A DNA stretch of 64,000 bases. Origin: Amoebidium appalachense (Eukaryota > Protista > Ichthyosporea). Made by a program: the position numbers and the translations under genes. Where the stretch lies: NCBI GenBank assembly GCA_963693365.1, contig CAVNZM010000002.1:6771943-6835942 (forward strand), given 5' to 3'. Of this stretch, positions 62,190-64,000 are shown one piece after another (position 1 is the stretch's first letter; each line of letters begins with the position of its first letter). The notes beneath the pieces are model-generated. The model saw only the letters and a list, made by a program, of their open reading frames with translations, was not told the DNA's origin and made no database searches.

Positions 62190-62682
62190 CTACTGTGCCT
62201 TTGGTCTGACCTGCCTCAGTTTCTTGAGTCTGCGCACACTCGTCTTGTGTTTGGTCTTGAATTGGTGCGTCAGGTTGCTGCGCTCCTGCCTCCACCTGCA
62301 AAAAAAAAAAAAAAAAAAAAAAAGGAGGGGGAAAAAAGTGTCAACCTACAGGCAAAGTGTGCGAGAACATTCTTGGATATATAGCTCACGGGCCCCCCGG
62401 GGGGGGGGGGGGGGGGAGGGGGGGGAGGAGGATCAAACAATCAGGCATACAAAATATGGCAATGGGACGATGTTATCAGCATGAGAACGCACCCAACCTG
62501 AACACCCAAAGCGAGACGAATACGTTTCTCATGCTTGCGGGTCTGTACGGGTAAACAATGTGCTTGAAAGCGCTCGTCTCTGGGGAGTGTGTCTCCAAAA
62601 AGGCGCATCACTATGCCGAAAGGGGAGAAGGAAAAGGGGGGGGGGGGGGGGGGGGGAGGCGGGGGTGGGAAGAGGGGGGGGG

Positions 62683-62737
<55 letters not shown>

Positions 62738-63436
62738 AGGAGGAGGGGGGGGGGGGGGGGGGGGGGCACATACTTCTCCTCAATCTCTTCGAGTGACCCA
62801 TCCCTCACAAAGAAGGGCTTGAACTCAAACACAGGCCCATGATCGGTTTCTTTCTTCTCCACCAGCCGATTGGCCAGTTCAGGCGTGCTGAGGTGGAAGA
62901 AAAAGAGGCGCTTGGCTGCTAACTCACGTCCTGCTATTGTCGCACCGGCAACCGTGGGCGCGGCGGCCGTTATAACGGACGATTCTGCCATCGGTTTGCC
63001 CTCCTCCCCATCGGACTTATCTGATTGGCTGTGGATAATGTCTTCGACGGCACTTTCGGTGGCTACGTCGACGTCTTCTGTCTCTTGGTCCTGGAACGAG
63101 GTGGATGATATGATATGAGAGAGGGTATGAAATGAAAGAGGTTGCGGAATGTAGGGGATTAAGGCACATGTTTTGACATCAAATAGGTTGTGCTAGAAAA
63201 GGAATGAAGGGAATGTTAGGGATAAAGTAAATCTTATGATGTGAGAGAGGTCATGTTATAAAAGGAGGGTGCTGATATAAAAGACGTTCTGTAATGAAGA
63301 GAAAAACACAGAAGTTATGGGTGAAAAAACTCAAACCACGCAAGAAAAGGCCACAGAAAATGCCGTCATGGGCACACGACCATGCTAGCAAGGAGAGATC
63401 AAGAGACTTTCGTGTGTGAAGGGCGACTGGAGCATT

Positions 63437-63468
<32 letters not shown>

Positions 63469-63901
63469 GGGGAAGGAGGGGGGGGGGGAGGGGGGGAGTG
63501 CATGTGAAGGAAGAAGGAATGAGGGACAGCACGTGGGGGAGAAATCACCATGAAAGGAAGGAGAAGGGTTGGGCAGGCAGAGACAAAAAGCAGACGAGGG
63601 GGAGAGGGGGAGAAGTCTGGAGAGAGGAGGAAGAGCTAACGACGTATTTCATTCAAAAGACACAAACCCAAATTGAACATGGAATCATCGTACGGAATGC
63701 GCAGGGGGGGGGGGGGGGGGGGGGGAGGGGGCGAAAGAGGGCAAAGAGAAATGCAGATGGGGGGAGGGGGAGCACCGACCTGCATGTCCCCATCGTCATC
63801 TCCCAAAGCACCAAATAAGGAAAACCCCTCACTGGCTGGCTGCTCATCATCCCCCCCGAGGAGCGAAAAGCCGCCCTCTGCCTCTGCGTGTGTGTTTGTG
63901 T

Positions 63902-63932
<31 letters not shown>

Positions 63933-64000
63933 GGGGGGGGGGTCGTCGAAAATGGCAGACGAGGGCATGAACGGTTATGTATGTGTGTGAGAGGGAACAG
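62190..64000 (-). CDS. Nucleolar protein 8 (NOL8)-like gene, 3' exons; continues beyond the window
   Basis: Exons ~63885-63780, ~63110-62774 and 62295-62190 give ..LFFFH..FFVRDGSLEEIEE-K-WRQERSNLTHQFKTKHKTSVRR..*, which resembles the NOL8 C-terminal motif. The AA|GTATGT...CAG|G junction is in phase. Confidence 0.6.

Overview
Eukaryotic nuclear DNA. Genes are intron-rich, and their introns are filled with poly-C/poly-G and (CA)n/(GT)n tracts. The organism cannot be named from sequence alone; a methylating protist such as an ichthyosporean is a guess. The left third holds host genes: a C2H2 zinc-finger gene, an 11-exon divergent casein kinase II alpha gene (- strand) and, head-to-head with it, a 10-exon carnosine-synthase-like ATP-grasp ligase. 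The right end holds the 3' part of a NOL8-like gene. Positions 23431-60540 form one 37.1-kb insertion with 552-bp terminal inverted repeats and a 5-bp target-site duplication (CTTGC), a decayed Polinton/Maverick-like element. Its protein-primed DNA polymerase B is split. The N-terminal half (terminal protein/OTU/Zn region) sits at the right end on the - strand. The exonuclease/Vsr/polymerase half sits at the left end on the + strand, followed by a VLTF3-like late transcription factor gene. No capsid, ATPase or integrase gene was recognised. Nested inside are a 656-bp miniature LTR element with a tRNA-like Pol III cassette in each LTR, a 12.3-kb CACTA/Plavaka-type DNA transposon holding three unrelated ~185-bp tandem arrays, a LINE RT fragment, and about 14 kb of host-like, partly intron-containing cargo. 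All coordinates and counts were read by hand. Frameshifts in homopolymer tracts may be sequencing errors.
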